Made by a program: the position numbers and the translations under genes. The notes under the pieces were generated by a model. The model made no database searches and was not told where the DNA came from. It saw nothing but the letters and a program-made list of their open reading frames with translations. From an uncultured archaeon (GTDB taxonomy: Archaea; Asgardarchaeota; Lokiarchaeia; Sigyniarchaeales; SOKP01), in the NCBI GenBank assembly GCA_964388035.1, contig CAYLZE010000044.1:1949-37806 (forward strand): a stretch of DNA of 35,858 bases. Direction: 5' to 3'. Position 1 is the stretch's first letter; every line of letters begins with the position of its first letter. Of this stretch, positions 1 through 8,853 are shown piece by piece.

Positions 1-272
1 CAACGTTAAAAATTATAAATAAAATGTGATTTAATCGTGACTTGCAAATGAGGTGAAAATTCCACTGACTAATGATATCATGCTTTCTATTTTTTATATT
101 CTAAATGTCGCTTTAGATTAAAAGTTCAAAAAATAAGCAGTTTTTGAATTCCATAGATTTTTATACGTTGGAAATTCAATAAATATTAAGCATAAAAAAA
201 ATTAAAAAGTTATAAAACCTAGCTTTTATAATATATTTATACTATACATCATAAAATAAATTCAATTAAAAT

Positions 273-286
273 CAAAACTTTTAAAT
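273..286 (+). promoter_or_regulatory. Putative archaeal BRE/TATA promoter
   Basis: CAAAAC-TTTTAAA about 40-50 bp upstream of the ORF at 327/336. Confidence 0.45.
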
Positions 287-326
287 TTATAGTGCATCTT
301 TAATCTACATTAAACAAAAAGGAAAC

Positions 327-599
327 GTGAAAAATATGGCTAAGAAAGAGTTATTTATCAAGAGGGTGTATGAAATAGTTAACGAGCTTAAAATCCCGCT
401 TATTGACGAGCGTGTCTATGATAAGGTAAGCTTCGGAGGCGATGCTATAGCGAGCGTTATCTTCAAATTTGAGGAGGATGAATCCGTAATTCGAGGTTTC
501 CTTGGTTTAGCAGAGTATTTTCACACGGTTGTTATAAAAAAGAAGGATGATTTCTATATTCCTCATAATGGATTAATATTCCGTTTGATCTCTTCTTAA
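327..599 (+). CDS. Small hypothetical protein (start GTG 327 or ATG 336)
   Basis: 90-aa ORF with globular-like composition, promoter-like motif upstream and T-tract downstream. Confidence 0.75.
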   Translation: MKNMAKKELFIKRVYEIVNELKIPLIDERVYDKVSFGGDAIASVIFKFEEDESVIRGFLGLAEYFHTVVIKKKDDFYIPHNGLIFRLISS

Positions 600-604
600 A
601 TACG

Positions 605-624
605 TTTTTTTTTACTTTTTTTTT
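605..624 (+). terminator. Oligo-T archaeal terminator
   Basis: Two T runs of 9 nt each immediately after the stop at 599. Confidence 0.55.
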
Positions 625-697
625 AAACTCTCCTTATTTTATATCCAAAACTGCAATCATTCGAATTAGGTTAAAATTCAAAATTTGATTACAAAAT

Positions 698-939
698 ATG
701 ATTAATATTAAGCTGACTATGCCGGGATTTCTGTTTATAAAAATAAAAAACATCCTGAGATTAAAAGGGACACTATTGTCCAGTCAGCTCTAGAACAATA
801 TTTAAAAGTAAAAGAATTAGAGGATAAAATCACAACTAATAGCATTCTTACCAAGGATGATATAAATGAATCAAGTGATGAAATAACTAAACGAAGTTAG
901 CAGAAATACAAGGAATATCTTAAAGAAACAAAAAAATGA
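698..939 (+). pseudogene. Decayed ribbon-helix-helix (VapB/CopG-type) antitoxin-like gene
   Basis: ATG698 gives MINIKLTMPGFLFIKIK, then a -1 shift near 745 gives KHPEIKRDTIVQSALEQYLKVKELEDKITTNSILTKDDINESSDEITKRS*QKYKEYLKETKK*. Internal TAG at 898-900. Resembles archaeal MxNITLSIP..KKHPEIKWS..AIEEYL antitoxins (recalled pattern). Confidence 0.55.
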
Positions 940-992
940 TCTTACCAAGCTAGATATTAAATTTCAAATATCTCAAGATTGGTTGAATATAA

Positions 993-1721
993 TTATCTTA
1001 AATAATATTTTGATTTTTTTAGGATCTCGATGACCTCGGATTCGGGAAGATCATACCAATGCTGATATGCTTCAGCAACAGCGAATCTCCATGTATCTCG
1101 AATATTAGGGCAAATTACATTATTTACTTCCTTTAATATTTTTTGCACGGTAAGTAATGGTGCGGTTGGAGCGCAAACAAAAACTTTTTTAGGGTCATAC
1201 TTTTTTATCATTTTAATCGCTGCCAGCATGGTAAATCCAGAAGCTAAACCATCGTCTAGAATAAAAATATTTTGGTTTTGAATATTATTTGACAACAAAT
1301 CTACCGATTCTTGTATTTTATTATAAGCTTTCAATCTTTGTTCGATTTCCACTGTGGTTTCATTAACAGCACGGTTCAATTCATTTTCATTTAAACTTAA
1401 TTGCCGCAATAACGTTTGATTTATCAATATCGTTCCATCGGTAGTCATGGAGCCAAACCCTGCTTCGGGATTATAAGGAATTTTGATTTTACGAACAATT
1501 AAAATATCATAGGACAGATTTAATTTTTCACAAAATCCTTCTGAAACGGGTACTCCTCCATTGGGAATTGCAAAGCAAAAAGCATTTTTGGGTTTTTTTT
1601 GAATGATTTGATACAATTCTATATATTCTTGTTTTATAAAAGTTGCGAGGATTATTCCCGCTTTAAAGCGTGATTCATACTTTTCGAATTTCATTCCATT
1701 ACTCAATAAGAAGGATTTCAA
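993..1721 (-). CDS. Phosphoribosyltransferase family protein (COG1926-like); likely start ATG 1694
   Basis: AIPNGGVPV, VRKIKIPYNPEAGFG and PRPP-binding IFILDDGLASGFT motifs. Confidence 0.9.
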   Translation of the reverse strand: MKSFLLSNGMKFEKYESRFKAGIILATFIKQEYIELYQIIQKKPKNAFCFAIPNGGVPVSEGFCEKLNLSYDILIVRKIKIPYNPEAGFGSMTTDGTILINQTLLRQLSLNENELNRAVNETTVEIEQRLKAYNKIQESVDLLSNNIQNQNIFILDDGLASGFTMLAAIKMIKKYDPKKVFVCAPTAPLLTVQKILKEVNNVICPNIRDTWRFAVAEAYQHWYDLPESEVIEILKKSKYYLR

Positions 1722-1871
1722 TATAAACCTTAGATATAAGGTGCGGATTCCTCAAATAATGTATCGAAGTACAAAAAAATAAATAGGGTAAATCGACTTG
1801 TAATAGTTGTGAAATAAAAAGAATTTACATTGTTGTAAGGATATTCACTTTTTTATGTCGTTGGAAGAAAA

Positions 1872-3548
1872 ATGACTCAAGAAAATCTAAACGAGAAAAA
1901 AGCATCAGGGTCCTCGAGCGAGAAGGTAAATTCGTTAATTTCTATTTTGAAAAATTCACGGGATTTAGAAAGAAAGGAAGAAATTATCAATCAATTACTA
2001 AAATTACGTGATAAGGATTATCTTGCTGAACTAAAGAATTTATATTTAAGCGAATCTTTTTCAAGAATTAAGATTCAATTAATTGAGTTGATTTCAAGGT
2101 TATATTTGAGCGAAGGATTTGACTTTTTAACGAGCCAATATAAGCATGAGAAGGATTGGAAAGTACGAAAAAAGATCATAGAAACGATTGAGTTAGAAAA
2201 TAGCGAGATTGCAATTCCTTTTTTAATCGAAGCTTTAAAGGATAATAATATAGAATCTAAACGAGCCGCAATAATGGAATTGGGGCAATTGAAAGCGAAT
2301 GATGCCTTAGAGCCTTTATTAATCATGTTACAATATGGAAATAGTGAAATTTATCACGATATTATTAATACCATTATAAAAATATGCAAGAACGGAGAAC
2401 TTCAGGTGATTTTGAGGCATGCGGAGACTTCTAACATCTATATTAAAAGAGCGATTCCCCTCATTTTAGGACAATTAAAAGATGAGGGTGCTTTTGAGGT
2501 TCTAATTGGTTTACTTAAAGACTCTGACAAAGAGGTCAGAAAGACTGCCATAAAAGCTCTTAAAAGTATCATCGATTTGAGAAAGGTTGGTCATATTGCC
2601 CAATTGATTAATGATGAAAATTTAGAGGTCAGGAAAGAAGCAATTAAGGCCTTAGGTGATTTGGGAGCATTAAAAGCCATTAATCCCTTATTAGATCTCC
2701 TAAAAGATGGAAAAGCAGTCATTAGAAGTCTCGTAATTAAAGCCTTGGCTAAATTATTCAAAAAGACAGGTACGCATGAAGAAGTTCATAAAATCTTAGA
2801 AAAGCGAAATTCAACTTTGCGAAGGGGTGCTATCAAATTATTGGGATTAATTGGAGATCACGAGGATATATCACGACTGCTTCCTTTTTTTACCAGTAAA
2901 ATTACTCAAATAAGAAATAATGCTTTTAATGCGATTTTAAAAATTGCAAAAAAGCAAGAAAATAAGGAGAAAAGTATAATAATAATCTTAGAGTCTTTAA
3001 ATTCGGATAAATGGCAAATTCGAAAATATTGTGTAAAATTGTTAAGCAAGATCGGAAATGAAAATATTATTGAGGCCTTGTTTTATTTATTGGGAGATAA
3101 AAGCGGAGAAGTAAGAAAAGCTACCACGCAAACTTTAGCAAAATTCGGTAACGATAAAGTAATTGAAATCGCCAGACAATTCGTGGATGATAAAGCGTGG
3201 AAAATTCGACGGACGGCGGTAAAGCTTTTAGTAAAAATTGGCACCGAAGAAGCTCTTTCTCCCTTGATTTCTTGTTTAAGCGATGAGGATATTTATGTAA
3301 AACGGTGGGCCATCAAGGGTTTAGGACAATTGCAATCGGTTTCTGATTTAGAACCCCTCACTACCATGATAAAAGATAAGGATCCAAAAGTTCGTATAAT
3401 GGTCATTAAAGCTTTGAATGAAATTGGTGGGGATCAAGTAGTTCCTTTTCTAATAGAAGCGCTCGGAGATGACTTGTATGAAATTAAGAGGGAAGCAGAA
3501 AAAGCTTTGGAGCAAATAGATACGAATTGGATGGAAAAATATTTATAG
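1872..3548 (+). CDS. HEAT-repeat (PBS lyase HEAT-like) protein
   Basis: Many ~31-aa repeats of the type LxxLLxDxxxxVRxxAxxALGxLG over the whole length. Confidence 0.92.
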   Translation: MTQENLNEKKASGSSSEKVNSLISILKNSRDLERKEEIINQLLKLRDKDYLAELKNLYLSESFSRIKIQLIELISRLYLSEGFDFLTSQYKHEKDWKVRKKIIETIELENSEIAIPFLIEALKDNNIESKRAAIMELGQLKANDALEPLLIMLQYGNSEIYHDIINTIIKICKNGELQVILRHAETSNIYIKRAIPLILGQLKDEGAFEVLIGLLKDSDKEVRKTAIKALKSIIDLRKVGHIAQLINDENLEVRKEAIKALGDLGALKAINPLLDLLKDGKAVIRSLVIKALAKLFKKTGTHEEVHKILEKRNSTLRRGAIKLLGLIGDHEDISRLLPFFTSKITQIRNNAFNAILKIAKKQENKEKSIIIILESLNSDKWQIRKYCVKLLSKIGNENIIEALFYLLGDKSGEVRKATTQTLAKFGNDKVIEIARQFVDDKAWKIRRTAVKLLVKIGTEEALSPLISCLSDEDIYVKRWAIKGLGQLQSVSDLEPLTTMIKDKDPKVRIMVIKALNEIGGDQVVPFLIEALGDDLYEIKREAEKALEQIDTNWMEKYL

Positions 3549-3717
3549 TAGTTCTTTAACCTTTTTTTATTAATAATAATTTTCATTCTTCATTTGATAT
3601 AAAGAGGTTTTTCCTAGGTATTTTAATAAAAACTCTCTTTTCCTTTTGGGTAATTTTAAATAAAGATATTTCTATTAATTATAGGAATTCAAAAAACATG
3701 AGGAATCAGGAATAGGA

Positions 3718-5433
3718 ATGGAATTAGACGAAAGTATCTTGATGTTTAAAGAAGAAGCCCGGGGGCTAATAAATAATATTGAAGAAAATATCATAAAATT
3801 TGAAAAAGACCCTACTAATTTAAAAAGTGTGGAAGACTTATATTTTGTTTTTAATGGATTATCTTCCTTAATAAGCATGTTAAACATGGCAAATATAGCA
3901 AATTTTTGCCGTCAAGTAGAAAAATCCTTAGAGAAAATAAAAAGTAAAAAATTATCTGATAATAAAGTCGAAGATTTTTTGAATTTCATGTTTTCCAATT
4001 TAAGCGTGTTGCAAAAATTTTATGATAATATTCTAAAGGGAGAGATAGAAGATATTCTTCCTCAAGAATTAGAATTTCTTCATCAAAAATTGGATGATTT
4101 TGAGCGAGAATATCAAATAACCTTTATTGAGCCGATTCCTTATGAAAAGATTAGTTCTACAATTGTAGGAAAAAGTTGTTATAATATACTGATTCGCATT
4201 AAAGAAAGTTGCAAATTTAAAAAAGTACGCTTATTTTTTATTTTTCGAGCATTAAACAATGTGGGGAAGATCCTTTATAGTATTCCAGAACCCTCAAAAT
4301 TGGAAAATGGTGATTTTGAGTTCGAATTTGAGGTGTTTTTTATTTCGGAAGAAACAGAGTTCGAGATCAATAAAATATTGGATGAAATTCTAGAAATAGA
4401 GAATAAATTCATAAAAAAGATAGAGAAGGAAAAATTCAAAACTATAATTCAAGATTTTAGTCAGGAAATTCAAGAAAAGAATGCAGAAATTAATAAAAAA
4501 TTGGAAGAAAAAGAAACTCAAGCTATTAACGATGGAGATATTACTTCCCTCATCACAAGGATTATTCCAGAAGAAGTGGAAGAGATTCAAAAGGATAGAA
4601 CTAAGATCTTTTATAAGATCTATGTCCGCGTCAAATTAAAATGCAAATTTATGAAATTAAGGCTTTTTTTAGTCCTAAGAACCTTGAAATCTCATGGTGA
4701 AATCCACTGGACGATTCCACCACCTTCCACTTTAGAAAAAGGAGATATTGGGCTTGATTTTGAAGTGTATTATGTTAGCAAATTAAAAAAGAATATGATT
4801 ATCGATAATATTGAAAAGGTTAAAGATATCGTGAATATTTCAATTATAGAAATAAATCCCCTTGATTATAAAAAAATTATTTCGAAATTTATTCCCAAAA
4901 CTGAAATTAAGCAAGTTGGAACTCAAGTTTCAGATGTATCCTCAAAAACAAATGAGAAGTTTGGTTTAGTTCAAGAAAATCATTTAAATTCGCTCAAGGT
5001 AAACAATATTGGAATTCTTCACAATGAACCAATGACTCATGATAATAGTAAAGCACCCATGATTATCTACACCGATAGCATATTTTCTGTCTCAAACAAA
5101 ATATTTTTACCAAATACTCAATTTATCGATCTAATTTTGCATGAAAAGCGAGAAACAGTATTTTGCTGCTCTAAACAAATAGATACCCTTGAATTTTATC
5201 TTTATGTGGTAAAAGATGGTGTTTTTTTCGTTACTAGCGCTTCAGAAAATAACGATGTATTCAAGGAGTTCTTTAACATTTACGAAGGCGGATTTAGCAG
5301 CTTTATAGAGTTTTTAGACTCGAGAAAATACGGTATTGAAACGAGTTTCGATTATATTAGATTTAAGAAAAGTGATTTTTATAGTTCAGATATAAACTCT
5401 TATAAAAAATACTTAGAAACCCAAAAATATTAA
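3718..5433 (+). CDS. CheA-like protein: degenerate Hpt (P1) plus two P2 domains plus unknown C-terminal domain, no kinase
   Basis: FKEEARGLINNIEENIIKFEKDP (P1 helices); two copies of Y.I.(I/V)R(I/V)K..CKF.K.RLF....L...G.I....P.PS.LE.GD....FEV (P2-like, ~4180-4420 and ~4612-4860); no HATPase boxes. Confidence 0.75.
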   Translation: MELDESILMFKEEARGLINNIEENIIKFEKDPTNLKSVEDLYFVFNGLSSLISMLNMANIANFCRQVEKSLEKIKSKKLSDNKVEDFLNFMFSNLSVLQKFYDNILKGEIEDILPQELEFLHQKLDDFEREYQITFIEPIPYEKISSTIVGKSCYNILIRIKESCKFKKVRLFFIFRALNNVGKILYSIPEPSKLENGDFEFEFEVFFISEETEFEINKILDEILEIENKFIKKIEKEKFKTIIQDFSQEIQEKNAEINKKLEEKETQAINDGDITSLITRIIPEEVEEIQKDRTKIFYKIYVRVKLKCKFMKLRLFLVLRTLKSHGEIHWTIPPPSTLEKGDIGLDFEVYYVSKLKKNMIIDNIEKVKDIVNISIIEINPLDYKKIISKFIPKTEIKQVGTQVSDVSSKTNEKFGLVQENHLNSLKVNNIGILHNEPMTHDNSKAPMIIYTDSIFSVSNKIFLPNTQFIDLILHEKRETVFCCSKQIDTLEFYLYVVKDGVFFVTSASENNDVFKEFFNIYEGGFSSFIEFLDSRKYGIETSFDYIRFKKSDFYSSDINSYKKYLETQKY

Positions 5434-5458
5434 TCCTAGGAAGTTCCTAAGATTTTTT
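5432..5458 (+). terminator. Hairpin plus T-tract terminator
   Basis: AATCCTAGGAA-G-TTCCTAAGATT inverted repeat (one mismatch) running into TTTTTT, right at the stop codon. Confidence 0.45.
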
Positions 5459-5534
5459 ACGAAATTTTTAATAATTTGAACCATTATCCTTATTATAGTC
5501 TCATGTTGGACGCCAGAGATAATTCATTTCATAT

Positions 5535-6107
5535 TTGTGCAAGGGATTGGATATGGAAAAAAGTGATTCCAAATATAAGATTTTTAAGCAGACTTTTCCT
5601 TCTGAGACTTTATCAGTTTTGGGTCATATCTTTGCTGGAATCATTCTTACACTATTGATTTTACCTTTCCAAAGTTTTATCATTTTGATTTTGATCATTC
5701 CCGCTTTATTAAGCATGCGAGGCAATGTGAGTGGGCCATTTATCGCAAGAACTGCAAGAGATCTAATTTTGGGCACATTTAATAAGAAAACTTGGATTGA
5801 AAATGTGTTAGCTACTTATAGTCTATCTACAATAATTTCATTTGGTATGGGTTTATTTTCACTATTTTTAAACATTATTCTTATCAAATGCATGACCATC
5901 ACCAACTTTCAATTAATTTTCACTCCCATGCTAAGCGTTGTAATGTCTTTAACAATTTCAATGGCTTGCTCTACTTCCTTAAACTATTTAGCTTTTCGAC
6001 GGGGATTAAATCCAAACAATGTGGTAATTCCTGCCATGACTGCTATTGATGACTTGTTAACTATATTCAGTTTTTATCTTTCTCTATTAATTCTTGAGGT
6101 GCCTTAA
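5535..6107 (+). CDS. MgtE/SLC41-type divalent cation transporter membrane domain, subunit 1 (likely start ATG 5553)
   Basis: About 5 TM segments; PALLSMRGN (PX6GN) and GLNPNNVVIPAMTAIDD motifs. Confidence 0.85.
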   Translation: MCKGLDMEKSDSKYKIFKQTFPSETLSVLGHIFAGIILTLLILPFQSFIILILIIPALLSMRGNVSGPFIARTARDLILGTFNKKTWIENVLATYSLSTIISFGMGLFSLFLNIILIKCMTITNFQLIFTPMLSVVMSLTISMACSTSLNYLAFRRGLNPNNVVIPAMTAIDDLLTIFSFYLSLLILEVP

Positions 6108-6659
6108 GTGAGTTATTTTCTAAGAATATTTAAGGAATCGGTCATTATTGTGATCCTATCATCTGCCATCGGATTAGTCACGGGAACCTTGTTGTCCGAG
6201 AATGATCAAATTCTCTATTCCTTTCCAATAATTTTATTACTTTTACCTTCACTAAATTCTTTAATTGGAGATATTTCTTCCGTCCTTGTTTCTAGATTAA
6301 CCACTCATCTCTATATCGGAACAATTCAACCAAAAATCACGGCATCCGATCGATTAAAAGAAGATTTTTTAGGATTATTAATGACAATTGTGGCAAGTAT
6401 GGGGGTATTAATTGTATCGGGCTACTTAATTGCTGATATAATGGGAATTAGCATTGTTAGCCCCTTTATTATCATTTTTATTTTATTGGCAACAGTTTTT
6501 CTTCTATTCGGGAGTTTATTTTTTATTTTATTCATCGGATCAATTTTTGTTTTTCGTAGAGGGAAAGATCCTAACAATTTCTTGATACCTATGATAACCT
6601 CTTCTGCAGATCTTTTAAGCCCTTTATTTATTATCATTTTTATCACGATTTTTTTATAA
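6108..6659 (+). CDS. MgtE/SLC41-type divalent cation transporter membrane domain, subunit 2
   Basis: About 5 TM segments; PSLNSLIGD and GKDPNNFLIPMITSSAD motifs; GAGGTG SD-like site at 6096-6101 before the GTG. Confidence 0.85.
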   Translation: MSYFLRIFKESVIIVILSSAIGLVTGTLLSENDQILYSFPIILLLLPSLNSLIGDISSVLVSRLTTHLYIGTIQPKITASDRLKEDFLGLLMTIVASMGVLIVSGYLIADIMGISIVSPFIIIFILLATVFLLFGSLFFILFIGSIFVFRRGKDPNNFLIPMITSSADLLSPLFIIIFITIFL

Positions 6660-6912
6660 AGTATATAAAATTTACAAAAAATTGAACCCATTTTGAGAAG
6701 TCTTCTTAAAACGTATGAAATTGTATAAAAGGAATTAAAAAGTCATTATTTAGTTTAAATAAGTTGTAAAGTAAACCAAAAATGTAAGTTAATTAAAATG
6801 AGCTATTTTAAAGTAAGAATCTACGATTTAAATTTGCCTTTTTTTAAGAAAAAAGCCAGAGCATAATATTTATTTAGAATTATTAAATAAATCATAATGA
6901 GAAAAAAAGAAA

Positions 6913-8157
6913 ATGACAATCGATAAGAAACGATTTAAATATCAGCCCATCTCGCTAAAAGATATTTTAAGAGAAATGAAAAAAAACATCGATTTCATGA
7001 TTGATTTGGCTTATAGTGCTATAAAATTTGGAAGTAAGGAGATTGCTGATGAAGCATATAAAATCGAAGGTCGGATTCATGAACTCACTTTTCTTCTAAA
7101 CTTACAAATTATTTTAGCTCAACCTGGAGGGTTTAAAGATGCTAAGAAACTTGAACCAATCATTGTTATGGGATATTGTATCGATAAAATTAGTGATGCT
7201 TTATCCGATATTGCTCGCGTGGTTTATATTAATAACGATATTTTTGAATTTACCCAGCTTTTTTGGGACTCAGTTCCCGAACCTATCGTAAAAATCACAG
7301 TAAAGCCAGGTTGTCAATTAGTTGGAAGGCCACGCAAAAATATTCATTTTAGGTCCATGCATGGGGTGGATTTAATTGCAATTCGCCGGGGGGAAAAGTG
7401 GTTATTTGATAAAGAAGAAAAAATCCAAGAAAGTGATATTTTAATTGTAAAAGGTGAAATTTCTCCTATTCTAGAGCTTAAAGAATTATGTCAAGATGAG
7501 GATCCTATTTCCTTTGATTTAGAGAGAAGTGTAGACAAACCATATTTCGATCTTAGTAATCCAGATATCTTAGAAGGGTTAGAAGAATTGAAGAAGAATT
7601 ATATTTTGATTACAGATCTCTCTGAAACAATGATAGAACTGGCCCTAGCCGCACTTTTTTTCAATAATTATGAAGTGGCAGAAGATATTTTTGAAATGGA
7701 AGAATTAATGGATGGTTTGAACATTGCATTTGAAAAAGATTTGCTGGAAATGACCCCCTTACTTGAAAATCCAAAAGATTTAACCGGTATTATGCGGATA
7801 GTTTTTTCTTGTGAATTAATTTCTGATGCAGCGGCAAACATTGCGGAAAATATAATTAAAGGATTCAAACCTCATCCGATATTTCAAGAGGCTATAACAG
7901 AAACGGATGAAATAGTTGTGAGAGAAACATTATCTCAAGATTCATATTTTAAGGGTAAGACCTATATAGAACTTCAAGATAAGCGATATAAACGGGGATT
8001 TCACATTATCGCCCTAAAAAGAAAAGATAAGTGGATCTATCGCTTCAAACCTAACTTTCTCTTTAAGGAAGGAGATTTAATAATAGGGTGGGGCCCAAAT
8101 GAAACGGTAGATTCCTGGCGACGCTGTGTGAATCCGGAAAAATTCCGAGAGGATTAG
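6913..8157 (+). CDS. Tandem (PhoU-like + TrkA_C/RCK_C) x2 protein (COG3273-like), putative transporter regulator
   Basis: MIDLAYSA/MIELALAA helical repeats with ISDA; DLIAIRRG and HIIALKRK..FKEGDLII TrkA_C motifs. Confidence 0.85.
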   Translation: MTIDKKRFKYQPISLKDILREMKKNIDFMIDLAYSAIKFGSKEIADEAYKIEGRIHELTFLLNLQIILAQPGGFKDAKKLEPIIVMGYCIDKISDALSDIARVVYINNDIFEFTQLFWDSVPEPIVKITVKPGCQLVGRPRKNIHFRSMHGVDLIAIRRGEKWLFDKEEKIQESDILIVKGEISPILELKELCQDEDPISFDLERSVDKPYFDLSNPDILEGLEELKKNYILITDLSETMIELALAALFFNNYEVAEDIFEMEELMDGLNIAFEKDLLEMTPLLENPKDLTGIMRIVFSCELISDAAANIAENIIKGFKPHPIFQEAITETDEIVVRETLSQDSYFKGKTYIELQDKRYKRGFHIIALKRKDKWIYRFKPNFLFKEGDLIIGWGPNETVDSWRRCVNPEKFRED

Positions 8158-8169
8158 AAAGGGGATCGC

Positions 8170-8757
8170 ATGAACGAAAATGACATGGAAGGACGATTTA
8201 TTAATACAATGCTCGAAATTTCTAACCAAATTCAATTAAATTCTGAATCAATTAATATGGTGCACCTTAAAAATTTAATAGCTATGATTATTCAAACAAA
8301 GGATAATAAAAATCGAATATTTATATATGGGGCGGGAAGATCAGGATTTATTGGGCGTTGTTTTGCACAGAGATTAATGCATTTAGGTATCAAATCATGT
8401 TTTGTTTCCGATGCTGTCACGCATCAATATACCGAGAGAGATCTATTGATACTTATTAGTGGGAGTGGAGAGACAACCTCACCTGTAGCAATAGCTAAAA
8501 AAGCGAAATCAATCGGTGGAAAAATTGCACTATTTACGAGCAACCCTGAAAGCACAATTGGTACTCTTTCTGATTGTATTATTAAAATTACGGGAAAAAG
8601 TAAAGATATGGCAACAATTCAAGAAACACTAGCCCCTTATACTAGTTTATTTGATATTTCAACCCTTTCTGTTTTAGATTCTTTAGGGGGCGTATTAATG
8701 AATTTATTAAATGTTTCTGAAAAAGATATTGATAAGAGACATGCAACTATTGAATAA
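8170..8757 (+). CDS. hxlB: 6-phospho-3-hexuloisomerase (SIS domain)
   Basis: IFIYGAGRSG, FAQRLMHLG, ISGSGET and C-terminal RHATIE. Confidence 0.85.
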   Translation: MNENDMEGRFINTMLEISNQIQLNSESINMVHLKNLIAMIIQTKDNKNRIFIYGAGRSGFIGRCFAQRLMHLGIKSCFVSDAVTHQYTERDLLILISGSGETTSPVAIAKKAKSIGGKIALFTSNPESTIGTLSDCIIKITGKSKDMATIQETLAPYTSLFDISTLSVLDSLGGVLMNLLNVSEKDIDKRHATIE

Positions 8758-8779
8758 TTATAACGGTCTTATAACGGTC
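8758..8779. repeat. 11-bp tandem duplication (TTATAACGGTC x2)
   Basis: Exact direct repeat immediately after the hxlB stop. Confidence 0.7.
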
Positions 8780-8853
8780 TATTGAACTTGGTTTCTCCTT
8801 TTAATATATCTAGCACGTTAAGATTTTTAGGATAATTAAACTCAAAGATAATT

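Noticed and set aside
898-900. In-frame TAG as a pyrrolysine/readthrough codon
   Set aside because: The same remnant also has a frameshift and there are no pyl genes in the window; decay is the simpler explanation
3718-5433. Calling this gene cheA
   Set aside because: No phospho-His, kinase or CheW domain
8755-8780. TAATTATAACGGTCTTA resembles the 23S rRNA/I-CeuI site, and the 11-bp repeat could suggest a CRISPR or target-site duplication
   Set aside because: Only two adjacent copies, no spacers, and no rRNA or mobile-element context; most likely a slippage duplication
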